Source: Trypethelium eluteriae (taxonomy: Eukaryota). From it: a DNA stretch of 64,000 nucleotides. Positions 25,260 through 37,641 of the stretch are shown in pieces (positions within the stretch are counted from its first letter, which is position 1; each line of letters opens with the position of its first letter). The translations under genes were made by a program, and so were the position numbers. The notes beneath the pieces were generated by a model. That model was not told the DNA's origin. It searched no databases and was given only the letters and a program-made list of their open reading frames with translations. The stretch lies in the NCBI GenBank assembly GCA_051942245.1, contig JAVECL010000006.1, forward strand, positions 1 through 64,000, written 5' to 3'.

Positions 25260-27011
25260 ATGCTCTTCAACGTACCCGCCGCCTTTGAGAGTTTTACAAG
25301 CCATCTCTATTCATCATGGTTCTATCTCATTATCATCGCTATCCTCACACCTCTTCTCTACACTCTGAGCTACGACCTTCTACGTGTCCTACTCATGCCA
25401 CCGGGACCATTGCCCATCCCGTTCGTGGGCAACACCTCTATGCTCCCAAAAACCTCGCCGTGGCTCACTTTTCAACACTGGTCCCAAGTTTATGGTCCCA
25501 TGTTCACCATCTGGCAAGGGCGACGCGCTACAGTCGTCGTCTCGGACCCACAGATCACGTTCGATCTATTGGAGAAACGCAGTGCCAAATTCAGTAGCCG
25601 GCCTCGCACTGTCGCTATGGGAGAGCTCCTTTGGGAAATGGGCAGTATCCTTGTCCAGCCATACGGTAAGGAATGGAGCATTCGTCGAAAACTGCTGCAC
25701 GCGGCGCTTACGCCGAAGGCGCTTCGACTGTACAAGCCGACGCAGGAGGCTGAGGCCAACCGGTTATGCATGCAACTGCTGAGACTGTCGGAAGAGCCGT
25801 CGGGGAGGACAGGTTGGGATTGGGACCGTCTGTTCGAGCGCTTTACCGCGAGTATTGTATTTTGCGTTGCCTACGGTCACCGTATCGATAGTCTCAACGC
25901 GAAAATTATCCGGCAGCGCTTCGAGTTCATGCACTTCTCTGCCTTGCTCAACGTACCTGGCGCGTATCTCGTAGAATCATTTCCTCTGCTGAAGTACGTC
26001 CCAGAGTGTCTGGCGCCATGGAAGGCGGAGATCAAACGCAACGGGAGGAGAGAGGCCAAAGCAAACATGGAATTGGTGGATCTGGTGCGGAAGGACATGC
26101 GTAGGGCCAAGGAGAAGGGTGAAGACCAAATTCCGGATAGTCTGACAAAGATGTTATTGGAGATGAAGGAAAAGGAAGATGTTCCGCTGAGTGACCGGAA
26201 TTTTGCGTTTGTTCCAGCGAGCTTATTTGGGGCAGGGAGCGATACGACTGCGAGCTCGATGTGCTCGGCTGTGCTGGCGCTTGTAACACACCCGGCTACT
26301 CTAAAGCAAGCGCAGAAAGAATTGGATGCAACAATTGGCAAAGAGCGCAGTCCCACGTTTGCAGACGAACCAAACCTACCGTACCTGAGGGCTCTCGTGA
26401 AGGAGGTACTGAGGTGGAGACCTGTGGCCGTGCTAGGAGGAACACCGCACGCGAGTACGGGGAATGATTGGTATCTCGGAAAATGGATTCCCAAGGGCAC
26501 CACGATCCTAGGAAACAATTGGGCGATTAATTTGAACGAGGAGTACTATCCTGAACCGCATCTCTTTGAGCCAAGGAGATTTCTTGCGCTTGAGATGAAC
26601 AAGCTATCCAAATTCGAGGCTGCACCAGGCTACTTACCGGTGACCGACGGAACGGCAGGCTTTACAATTACCCCGCCGGAGCTCACTGGAAAGGCCCATC
26701 CTTCTCCAAAGGGGCACTCTTCCTTTGGTTGGGGCCGAAGGATATGTCCGGGAGCTGATCTTGCGTCCAATACACTGTTCATCGTGCTTGCTAAGCTAAT
26801 TTGGGCATTTGATTTCTTGCCTGCAGACGGGAGACAGCCGGAGGACTACGACATCTTTGCGTATACTCAAGGCTTCAACATCCGACCACAGCGTTTCGAG
26901 TGCAAGATACGATTGAGAGATGGAGACCGAAAGGTAGTTCTAAATCGGGATCTGCAAGATGCTGAAGCATGGTTGGAAAGATTCAGCGCTTTCGGAGAAC
27001 AAGCAGGCTAA
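25260..27011 (+). CDS. Cytochrome P450, intronless
   Basis: N-terminal TM anchor, PPGP, AGSDTT, EVLR (ExxR), FEPRRF, heme motif FGWGRRICPG. Confidence 0.95.
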   Translation: MLFNVPAAFESFTSHLYSSWFYLIIIAILTPLLYTLSYDLLRVLLMPPGPLPIPFVGNTSMLPKTSPWLTFQHWSQVYGPMFTIWQGRRATVVVSDPQITFDLLEKRSAKFSSRPRTVAMGELLWEMGSILVQPYGKEWSIRRKLLHAALTPKALRLYKPTQEAEANRLCMQLLRLSEEPSGRTGWDWDRLFERFTASIVFCVAYGHRIDSLNAKIIRQRFEFMHFSALLNVPGAYLVESFPLLKYVPECLAPWKAEIKRNGRREAKANMELVDLVRKDMRRAKEKGEDQIPDSLTKMLLEMKEKEDVPLSDRNFAFVPASLFGAGSDTTASSMCSAVLALVTHPATLKQAQKELDATIGKERSPTFADEPNLPYLRALVKEVLRWRPVAVLGGTPHASTGNDWYLGKWIPKGTTILGNNWAINLNEEYYPEPHLFEPRRFLALEMNKLSKFEAAPGYLPVTDGTAGFTITPPELTGKAHPSPKGHSSFGWGRRICPGADLASNTLFIVLAKLIWAFDFLPADGRQPEDYDIFAYTQGFNIRPQRFECKIRLRDGDRKVVLNRDLQDAEAWLERFSAFGEQAG

Positions 27012-27126
27012 GATATACTCTTCCCCACTTTCTGCCTCAGGGCGAATGCAAGTGACGCCGCGGCGTCAGCACTACTTTTGCTTCATGCCATCCACCTTCC
27101 TGCCTACGATACGAATGACCGGCCCG

Positions 27127-28963
27127 CTAACGCACGGCATTCTCGTGTCTTATAATCTTGTCGATCTCTGCCTTGCGAGAACCTTGGCCTCGGTAGCTCC
27201 GACGGCCACGTATAAGCCAGTCCGCACAAATAATGAGGCAGACTATCCCATAAACTGCCGGCACGTAGTTCATTGTGCTGGGCTTCACGGGCATTGAATC
27301 TACGAATAACGGTCAGTTCTTGGTAGTGGTTGATAGGAGAAGTTGACACCCGAGCTGAGGGTGAGTAGGCTACTCACAGGGAAAGCTATACATCACGAGC
27401 GTAAAGACAGTCCATAGTAGTAGTACTATGTTACAGAGGAGACCAATCTGACCAAGCCAGAACGGCCCATGTTTGATATTGTTGCGGCCCTTGATAAGGA
27501 GGCAGATCACAGGAATCGAGTATGAGACGTAGAGGAGGACGATGCAGGCAGCTATCACGCTGTGTTTCCATCTCAAGTCAGTGGATTATCAGAGTACCAT
27601 ACTCCTATCCAGGGATGACTTAATCAAGATTGGATTGAGGGCGACTTACCTGTTCAAGGCTGTGTACGAGCCTAGGTACAAACATCCCACTGCCGCAACC
27701 AGCAGACAGCTTACAATGTGCGCCGAAAGTGGTACATTGAGACCAGGTGTGACTCTGCTTAGCCACTGATGACCGGGAATGCCTTTGTCTCTGGCGAAGC
27801 TCCAGCATAATCGGTTCTGCCATGTGTGACTTGCGACAAGACAACCCAGTCCTGTTGCAATGATCAAGGCTTCTAGAATGACGGCTCCGGCAGTGCTTGA
27901 TACTGCATTCTTGAATAGTTGTAAGATTGGGACCCCCGTGCTCGAACCTACTAGGTCGTTGAAGTCTCCAACAATGCTAAAGAACATGCTTATACCGTAG
28001 AACCAGCTTGTCACAAATCCAACGGCAACCGTTCCCATAATAGCAATTGGAACCATGCGTTCCGGCTGGTGAACTTCCTCGGCCAGATGAGTCGCACAAT
28101 CCAAGCATGCAAATGCCCAGTTGGTATTGACGAGTCCGACAATGAATGCAACACCGTTCGACGACCAACCGGTGTTGTTGATGAAAGTTGCGAAGACGAA
28201 TCGAGCATGTTGATGAGTAGGGGCAGCTGCAGGGATGGTGATGAGGATTACAAGGAATGAGACAAGGGAGCAGTATAGAGTTGCATGACCGATGAAAGGC
28301 AGGATGCTTCCATAGGTATTGAAGAAGAAACAGAAGACATTGGCCATTTGGTAAGCAACAAAGACGTGCCAGGGCTTAACAGTGCTAAGCAACATAAGGT
28401 CAGCTTGGTTCATCATGATTTCGAAGTTTCAAGAGTTGTACAGGGAAACCTCACAAATCAGGATGGCCCAACTGATAGCATCCCACAAGTGCTGCCCCCG
28501 TTGCTAATGCCACGCTCGCGCTCGTGAAAATGCTTCCAGCCCATGCAAACCACCCCGTCAGATAGCTTGCGAAATTGGCGTATTTCCTAGGAGCTAGTTC
28601 ATTCGTCCAAAAGTACTGTCCACCAGCATTTGGGAAGGCGCTTGCCAGCTCACTTAGGCTCACGCCCACACAGATGCTGATCAGGGCAATGAGAATGATG
28701 CCGTAGATAATAAGCAAAGGGCCGCCGGAGCTGATACCAGTCACTAGCGCCGCTGAAATGGCATACCACGAGTTGGTGAGGGAGAAACCAACTCCGAGGA
28801 CTGACCAGACACCGTAGTTGCGCTTCATGTCTTGCGTGTAGCCCATTTCAGCGAGCTTGAGGGCATCGACATCGAGTGATTTGGTATCGAAGTTGTCGTG
28901 GTCCGAGGAATCCAACCCGGATGCTATAGCAGGTGGATTCTTTTCTACGTCAATTGTCTCCAT
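27127..28963 (-). CDS. APC-family amino acid/choline permease (Hnm1-like), 4 exons
   Basis: LSELASAFPNAGGQYFW, FINNTGW, DCATHLAEE, RLCWSFARD; last exon MNYV..DWLIRGRRSY ending at 27127. Confidence 0.88.
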
Positions 28964-30408
28964 TATGGTCCAAACGTAGGGACAGCTTCGAAGAGTCGTA
29001 ACGTTGAGGGCACTCTGGTACCTCTAATTATGAAGAAGAGTGGAGAATGGAGACGAATGATGCGCTTGAGCTAAGGTCAAAAGTGGGCCAGATTTGCGGT
29101 CGGCCTGTGCTACAAGGCGAGGTACAGTTGAAGCTTCCGTAAATGCCAGGGAAACGGTAATCCAAGCTTGGCAAGAAGGTGGAGCAGTGAGCACGAAGCA
29201 CTAGCGGTGAATTACCAACAAGCTCATCGATGCTCCGTACCTACATGTCTCTTTGGGTGGAAACCTGTCACTTTACTAGTAGCTTCCTCATGCCATCGGT
29301 GCCATCATAAGGTTCCGGCTTATCTGCCTCGAACACCCGATTGGGCAAATTCAAGGAAAAGATGACTCAATGGGGGTAAGGCGTGGACGGAGGTGGGTGT
29401 CGTCTGTTACACAAGCGATAGCACCCCGCTATCTCTGCCTGCAAGATTCCCTGCCACGCACGAGGGGATAGACGCAGATAAGGTGGGCAGGCACCTGCTC
29501 TTCTGATGCAGGTCCCTAGCATTTTTGAAGTGGTGGAGTGAGTAAGGTGTGAAGTACGAAAAGTGGTACTTCCATGCACCCTAACCCATCCTAACTCATC
29601 CTTCTTTTCGTCGTCTGTATGGCGGCTACTTGCCCCTACATGAAGCTCTGCGCATCCGCGATGCGGTCTTCACATCATATGACGAACCCGATCTCAGAGC
29701 TATCATGGAGTACTCTGTACAGCGTTGAGAATGTCTTCAACAGACTGCTGGACTAGGTATGCGATAACACTCAGTGGGCAAGTGCTTAGATTCTTGACGG
29801 TCGGGGGATCCGGAGGGAACCGAATCACAATTCTCTTACGTCATTCCTGAGAAGCGCCAAACGTCGCTGCCAACCAATCACAATCGTACCATATCCGTCA
29901 GTGCCGCCCCTACTTAGGTACTTGCCTTGCCTGCTCTACTCTACCGTACCGTAACCTAATACCCCACCATTCCACAGCACTTACTGAAGGCAAGTCACTA
30001 CAACAATGCTTCGCTTTACTCGTTGCTCAATTCTGCACACTCTCCATATGATTGCTTAAAGTATGGGATGCCGGAACTGAACCTTCATTGTCATTGATAG
30101 ATACCTAGTTGTTCTTCAATCCGGAGTCTGACCTTACAGGTGGTCATCATGCTATTTCCCTGGACTGTGTCACGGAGCCAATTCATTCTTGCCGCCCGGA
30201 ATACCGAGAATGTTGTGGACCACCGTAGTTTGGTCGATCTTGGTGGGGTACACGGATTGATCCTGTCGCGCTCAAGGGAAAAGTTGGTTATTTAAGTGCA
30301 CCCAGCCCTTGATAGGGCCTCTGACTTTCAGGTGAAGATCCTTCCACATCCCATCTTCGAGCGATACTCCTGCATGAGCGCCAAATATCGTTTCAAAGAT
30401 TGACCAGC

Positions 30409-31419
30409 ATGACAACCAGAATTCCCGTCTCTTTTGCTTGCGCGGGCTACGATCGCATGCAGGCCCTCTTGACTGGCGAGGTGGTACCATCTGGCATTGA
30501 TCTAAATTTCATCACAAGCAATCATCCACGTGATACATTTGATCGAATGCAAGGGGGCCACGAGTTCGACTGCAGTGAGATGTCATCCAGCGAATACATC
30601 TGCCATTATGCTGCCGGTGAACGCTTTTTCACCGCTTTGCCTGTCTTTCCTAGTAGAGTGTTCCGCCATGGCTTCATTGCCGTTAATTCAGACCTTGTAA
30701 AGAATCCAAAGGATCTAGAAGGCCAAAAGGTCGGAGTACAGTTGTACACCATGACCGCCGCGGTATGGATCCGTGGATTGCTGGCGCAGGAAGGCGTAGA
30801 CCTCTCTAAAATCGAATGGCTTGAGGGCGCAATGGAAGGCCCTGGGGCACATGGCAAACCCAAACCGACAGTACTCCCGCAATCAAAGCAAGTCAAGATC
30901 AGCCAGAACTTGTCGCAGACCAAATCTCTCTCTGATCTCCTTGCCGACGGCGAGATTGCGGCAACCATCGGGGCCGATCTTCCCACTAACATTGGCAAAG
31001 CTCCTAACGTTAAGCGTCTCTTTCCAAACTTCAAAGAAGCAGAAAAGAGATATTATAGAGACCATGGGCTATTTCCAATCATGCATCTGATCTGCATCAA
31101 GCGCTCTCTCGTTCAACAACATCCATGGATTCCGAGCTCTCTTTACGCCGCCTTCGCAAAGTCCAAGAACCTCGCGCTTCAGCGAATGAAATTTCTCGGG
31201 GCATTGCGTTACATGCTACCCTGGCTGCCGGCTGAGCTCGACGAGATCGAGGAAGTCTTCAAGGACACCGATGGTGATCCGTGGCCATACGGCGTAGAAG
31301 CGAATCGGAAGACGTTGGAGACCCTCGTACAATTCTTGTGGGAACAGGGAATGATCGAGCGTCAGCCAAGCATTCAAGAGCTATTTGAAACCGTGAGACT
31401 CCCGCAGTGGGATATTTGA
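30409..31419 (+). CDS. 4,5-dihydroxyphthalate decarboxylase-like protein (periplasmic-binding-protein fold), intronless
   Basis: YDR..AL..GEV..GIDL, FDCSEMSSS, LPVFPSRVFRH, DLEGQKVGV..YTMTAAVWIRG, FPIMH, PWPYGVEANR resemble the bacterial Pht5/OphC family. Confidence 0.8.
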   Translation: MTTRIPVSFACAGYDRMQALLTGEVVPSGIDLNFITSNHPRDTFDRMQGGHEFDCSEMSSSEYICHYAAGERFFTALPVFPSRVFRHGFIAVNSDLVKNPKDLEGQKVGVQLYTMTAAVWIRGLLAQEGVDLSKIEWLEGAMEGPGAHGKPKPTVLPQSKQVKISQNLSQTKSLSDLLADGEIAATIGADLPTNIGKAPNVKRLFPNFKEAEKRYYRDHGLFPIMHLICIKRSLVQQHPWIPSSLYAAFAKSKNLALQRMKFLGALRYMLPWLPAELDEIEEVFKDTDGDPWPYGVEANRKTLETLVQFLWEQGMIERQPSIQELFETVRLPQWDI

Positions 31420-32071
31420 AGGGAAAGGTCCTTGATCTTGGACGAATGTTAGTCTCGGAAGGATGTAGCATGTGTGAAGCTCAGCCGTCGTCGTGACAGC
31501 AGGACTTAGTTGCTACTGAGAAAGCGTGCTTCTGTCAGAAAATCGAGTCCTCTTTACCGGTCGTAGCACAAACACCTGTTGAATTGGTCAAGGAACTGAC
31601 TTGGGCGCTGGCTTGTACACATACCCAGCGACGAGTACCATGTTTGCAGACCAGTGGCCCCTAGATACACGAGCGAATTAGGAAGACTTTGAACTTGACC
31701 CATAATGAGAGTGTGACTGTGATGTGCAAAGCATTATCAGCAGTATACTTTCCATCTCCCTTATACGGGTGCTTTATGACACTATTTGTGCTGTCACTTG
31801 TTCTTGAGAAGTCTTTTAGTTCAGTGAATTGTAAAAGAATTGTATATTGTGAATTTCTCGGTCAAACGGCGAAGTATCGACCAGCGGCTCTACAGATCTT
31901 GAGATTGTCCAAATGCAAAGCACACATTGATTACTCAAGAAATGAATCTCTTCATCGGAGGTCCAATGCCAGTGCAGGCATACCTGTAGGCATGGGCTAT
32001 CATCGCGGTGCATACCTAGTCGTAATTTGACTCCGAAGCTCTTCCAATCGCATCATACTAGCTTTGCACTC

Positions 32072-32705
32072 TCATGCAGCACCTTCCTTTCTCGCGCCGG
32101 TCTGTAGAATAGTTGTTAGCATAAAATTAGATAAAATTAGATAACTGGATAGTGGCCCAGGCAATGTAGTACCACGGCGATTAAAAGAATAGCAACACGA
32201 ACAGAGAACATTGAACTTACATAGAAGGCTAAACCGTAGTCCTCGGTAGTGAATGTGATCTTGGCTCCCTTGGGGAAGTAAAAGACGTCGCCTGATACGG
32301 CGTGGACTTTGTTTCCGGCTTCGTCGGAGATGTCAAAGCTGCCTTCAAGGATAATCTTCATCTCGTGGTAAGTGTAGTGATAGACGAGTGGGGTGCCCTT
32401 TTCGAGACGGTAGAAGCCGGAGGTAATAGGAGAGGTGGAGTCGATTTTGTCACTGAGATAAGCCAGAAAGGTCAGTTAATGGGATTGAATAATGTTGTTC
32501 TGCAACAGACGACAAGGAGACAAGATTGCTTCACGACACAAATACGGGAACTTGGAGAGAAATTTGTACCAAGAACGGACCTTGAAGCTATATCGCCGAG
32601 GTAGGCATTCTCGTTGGCGATGAGGGGTGGCTTGAAGGTCGATTGAGCCTTGCCAAAGTAATTGAGCGCCACAGGACTGCTTGTGTCTTCGCCGACAGAT
32701 CCCAT
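32072..32705 (-). CDS. EutQ-like cupin (ethanolamine utilization protein-like); introns 32453-32580 and 32102-32220
   Basis: Spliced product NAYLGDIASSD..ITSGFYRLEKGTPLVYHYTYHEMKIILEG..GDVFYFPKGAKITF..GLAFYTGAR fits the EutQ/cupin_3 pattern. Confidence 0.85.
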
Positions 32706-33683
32706 CCTCGTCGCTTGGTTGTTGTAGATTTGGTGCGAATTTCTCTTGAAAAAGGGCAAGAAGCTGGCTGAGAGGGACTGTGGAGGAAGAGATTTCAGGC
32801 TCAACTTGAGAAGGTTTACGCAAATCCCTACAGTAATATGGGAGACTCGATACTAGATACGCTCTTTACCAAGCCTAAGGAAAGTGTGTACTAAAGAGGA
32901 AATCTCGCGCAAACGTGTACCTATGTCATGAGTCTCGAGATTTGCACTAGATACGAAACTTACGATCACCAGCCATTGATATCACCTAACCTACCCTGGG
33001 CTATCGTGCATTTGAAACAGTGACTAAGACAAGTGTCGGCGGAGTCGGTATCGTATCAGATGCTCTGGACATCAGACATTTGAAGAAAATCGAGCATATC
33101 GCTGAAGACGCTCATGCAGATCGGCAGGCCTTGAGACGTCGCAATCTGCGTCTCTGCAACTAAAAGAAGATTGAGGTAACCGTAGGTGTCTGGATTTCTT
33201 CTCCCAATGCAGTAAAGCGATGAGGGCTGTTCTGCCGCATGCTACCGCCTTGGAAAGCCTGTTGTTGAACCCTTGCGTGCCTTCGTACGCGTGGATGGGA
33301 CTGAAAGTGGTAGACAATGTGAAGACAGTTTGCGCTAAGTACCATATTCGGGACAAAAATCCCGTGAGAAAATTGTGGTGGTAAAGTATATGCTTTAAGA
33401 TATGGAAGCGAATAGATGGCCAGTATATAGGTGCCAAGCCCCGGATCACAAGGATCGGCCAGGCTGATCCATCAGATTGCCTAAGACATAAATCGTGTCG
33501 TCCAAGCTGTTTCCCCCTCTCCCTCCCTCGATGCTCCTTACGCCTCGCTGGAAAGCAGTGAAACTATGACGGAACTCCTTCGCACTCCGAGCGCCATCAC
33601 TGTACCTCTTACCTCACCCTGCCCATTGGTCCTTTCAGTATGAGCCCGGTACACCACCACCAGAGCATAGGCCGTCGAGGACA

Positions 33684-36197
33684 TCAACCAAGAAGCACTT
33701 CCCACTCCCAACTCTTCATCACACCAAGCCAATGCAAATCGCCTCTTACCGTATATTCAAAGTCCATTTCCCCTGCAATCCTACGCTTCGGAGGGGAGAC
33801 CGGGGAGCTGATCGTTCCATCCAGATCTAATCCGGCCAGATACAGGAGATCCGGAAATTGCGTATCCTCAACTAGTGGATCTTCAAACTCTCTATCGTTG
33901 CTCGGCACAATGCGTAACTCATACTCGTCCCTTCGCCTCCACACCTCCTCCACTACGTTCTGGGACGCCTCGATAACACCGATGCCCATTTTTTTGCCCA
34001 TGTTTTGCCAGCGGTCCTTGACCCACTCACGCATTTCTTGATCCACCATCTCACAGCCTGCTGCAAGAAGAGGGTAGATCTGCACAATGACAGCTCGGCT
34101 TGCAAGTGGCACCGTAGCGAGAAGGTTGAGGGTCTGATGGGCAAGCTGCTCACACGAGCGAGTTGCTATCTCGGGCACCGCCTGGAACAAATGCAGAAGC
34201 GTCGCCCAACGGTAGGCCTGAGCTGTTCTGAGACAGTCTTCGATGGAGGTTTGGGGGTCTTCTGGTACCGTATAGACCGAAGCTGGAAGGGGTTCCCATA
34301 ACTGAAGCTGTGTCTTGAGCTCACTGGCTGCTGCAATGATGGGCGCATTGTTGACTGTTGTGCGGCAGACACGACGGACGAGATTCGCTGTGTGGCCAAT
34401 GATTGGAAATAGAGAAGAGGCGCAGCCCATGAGCGTATCTAGGCTTGAATAACTGGGAGATGACATGCTTTTCGGATACAGTGTGGAGGGAAGCTGGGGA
34501 AATGGCCAAGACGGGGAAAGGCTTCGGCAGATTTCGTCAAATTCACGTTGGTCAGTGCTGCTTGTGGACGTCAGACGAGCAATGACATCCATGTATGCCC
34601 AAGTGCTGCAGAGAAATCGCAATCGCTGAAGATCTCTTCCCACTAAAGGATTTTCTTTATGTTCTGAAAGCGCGTGCTGTAGCATGGAGCCGGCGCCTTT
34701 GATGTGATCGATGCCGGTACTAATTTTCTTGTCCCAGGATTCGGCAAATGCCAGAGCAAGGGAAGTTGCAACGGCGGTGTCTGCTCGCATGAGCGGAAGG
34801 TCAGATATCAAGCCATTTATACTCGCTTGCATGTGTTCTATGCCTTGCTGACGCAGGTATGGCACTTGCTTGGCTAGATGGAATGACGTCAATGCAGCCA
34901 CTGCGTGGTAAAGGGGTGCACAATTATGCACCATAGGTAATACCAGTGTACGCCAGCCGTTCTCCGTAGGTCCATCTTTGACTGAGAGGATACCGCATGT
35001 CTCTCGGTCAAAACGTGAAAACAATACGTCCGGGCATCCCAGTTCGACTTGAGGTTGATGCAACATCATGCCAAGTAAATTCGTAGATGCTACTGGCTGT
35101 GCGATCCGGCTCCGAACCAACGACATGTGTCTACATGAGACTACCGTATCCATTGGATGCAGGTCGTCTACATTGTTAGCACCTGATCCTTCGAACTGCG
35201 ATATGCTCTCGTCATTCCCGGAATGATTGCCGCGAGAGGGAATAGCTGAGCAGTTTTGGTCAGACACGGTTGACATGAAGCTAGATGTCAGTGGATCATC
35301 CGGGCCCAAACCAGCTAATGAGTCGCAATGGAGGTCCAGCAAATCGTCGGCTGAGGAAATGCTGGACGGCGCAGTGTCTATTGCTTCTTCAACGAGTATG
35401 TCCTCTGTGGTAGATGTATATGCCGCATTGTAAACCTCTCGATCCTGACTACAGGAAGAAGGTGCTGCGAAAGAGAGCGAGGGTGATATCTGGGCTGATT
35501 GAATGCCCAGCGACTCCTTGGGAAAGCATTTCTGCTCCGCAGGTCTGTCATTATAGATTTGATGAGCCTGAGCAGAGTCGTTGCGTGGGGCAACTGCAAC
35601 ATCACTGTTACTGGAAGGGGGTTCAGATCCTGAAGATTCCTTGCGTGCCGATTTCAGAGTAGCTGACGGGGACGAGGCTGAAAAAGAGACTGTAGAGCGT
35701 CAGTCTTACCAATTTCTTACTTTTCAGTCATGTTTTACCCTTCTTGCCCCGAGCGATTGCCGTTTTCTGAGCTAGCTGTGGTTCGTCAAAAGTACGCCAT
35801 TTAAAGTCTTTAGCATAACCTCCGCAAATTGCATTACGCTTGGTGCATTGTTGACACCCGGGCTTCGTCTCATCACATTTCAGCCGCTTCTGCTTGCACG
35901 TGGCGCAGCCTAGGCAAAGTTTCTCACATTAATACACTGGACTGGCCTGATCATGGCATGAGAGTAACAGCCTCAGAAGGCTTAGCTTAGTCACTTACCA
36001 TTGCGGCTCTTGGTCTGCTTTGGCCTTGGATTGCCAGACGCTGCTGTAGCGTTCTTGGACTTTCCTGTAGAAGGGCGCCGCCTGTTGGGCTTTGGATGAG
36101 TAGGTAGATCAGCTTCGGCGGGGTCTTGTGCGTGAGTTGGGGCAGTGGACGACTGTAAAAATACTGAGGGAGAGGGAATGTGAATATTGTCTGCCAT
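33684..36197 (-). CDS. Zn2Cys6 transcription factor with fungal-specific TF domain
   Basis: Exon at ~35740-35910, missing from the ORF track, encodes CATCKQKRLKCDETKPGCQQCTKRNAICGGY; two short introns join it in frame to ORF 33684-35342. Confidence 0.9.
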
Positions 36198-37567
36198 GCG
36201 ACAGCGATATGCAGGAGAAGACCACTGTCGGTCACGAATACCTGAGGAAGAAGAAGAGATAGGCGTGGGTGAATAGAGATACCCACCCTAGCGTTTGCCC
36301 CAGCCCAGGAACCTGTGAAAGCCCCTCATGTGCATCTAACGTGGGGAAGGGACGAATAGTGCCTTCGAGCAGCATTCATGACGCCCCGGCCCAGCTGACG
36401 CGCCCGTCCGCCTCAGACCACTTCTTGGACTTTGTAGGCGAGCTCGTTGATAGGCTTTGTCGGCGATAAAGCTTGATTGCGCTGGAGACACTTGGGACCT
36501 GTACCTCGCATCCAGCTTTCGCGTCACTTACCCTGCGAGCCTATGGCTCATTGCATCAAAGTATCAAGCTGCTTTCCGTACTTTCGTCCCTTTCCTGTCG
36601 CGCTGCAACTCAGAATTTGTCATCACATGGTCACGACGCAGCAGATAACCGCCGCGCAACGAACAACAATTGATCCGGAAGACAAGCGACAAGGCCACTC
36701 GTTTTACGGCCGACGCTTGTTGCGTACGATACTGGCGCACTGGTTTCACAGAGACGCGTGGCGAGCTCCTCTATCTAGTTTCTGACTTAGATACACCCCA
36801 TAAGCGTACCGGGCGTTGCGGCTGCACCTAGAGAAAAGCAATACTGGAGCGGTGAAAAACATTATTTATTGAGACAAAGATTCGTGAGAGGTGAAGGTGA
36901 AAACCAGCGGGTATGGGGGCACTAAGCGCGCACAGGCACCGACAGTATTCATCCAATTACACGCCTCCAATTGTTGCCCTGACAGTCGCAATGAATACTA
37001 AGTATAGACTACATTGCTAGAGAGATCCATTGCGACGACCGTAATGACAGTCATTTTATGATGATTGAAGCTATTGTATATGCCCTCGAGGTCTCTATTA
37101 TTTGCCTAATGCTTATTGTGCATGCGATAACATCCGCAGATCAAAACATCTAGCCAAGCATGCAGCTCCCCTGCAGTAGTCCAGACGTATATTTACAGGT
37201 ATGGACTATTCGGCCTCAGCTAGGCCGGAAGTCTCTCTTCCTAAGCGAAATTAATTCCGAGAATCACAATTAGAGATGCATACCCAAGCGGTGCTGGGAG
37301 ATAGAAACTTGATAATATGTCCGTTACAATAGATTTCGTCTCTGCCTTCAATGACCGTCGTCCTGTTCACCCAGGTTAACTCTTCATAGATATATGAGTA
37401 ATCTTTTTGCATTAGGTATGTACATGTAGGAATTGAGGTGATAACACATGATTTAATGCATGGATTTACTTTTGCGTTGAAGAAGACACAATTATGTTGA
37501 TATCAATCAAACATTAAAAAGGAGTTTCCGATATAATCAGTGAATGACGAGATTATCAACCACGACA

Positions 37568-37641
37568 GCCCGGCTGGCACAATTGGTTAGCGCGTGAGAC
37601 TTTTAATCTCAAGGCTCTGGGTTCGAGTCCCAGGTCGGGCG
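37568..37641 (+). tRNA. tRNA-Lys (anticodon UUU), intronless
   Basis: Acceptor GCCCGGC/GTCGGGC, anticodon arm TGAGA-CTTTTAA-TCTCA, T arm CTGGG-TTCGAGT-CCCAG; one A-C mismatch in the D stem; poly-T tract at ~37688. Confidence 0.93.

Noticed and set aside
29578..29600. CCCTAA-like telomeric motif
   Set aside because: Only one exact unit plus degenerate copies; chance level
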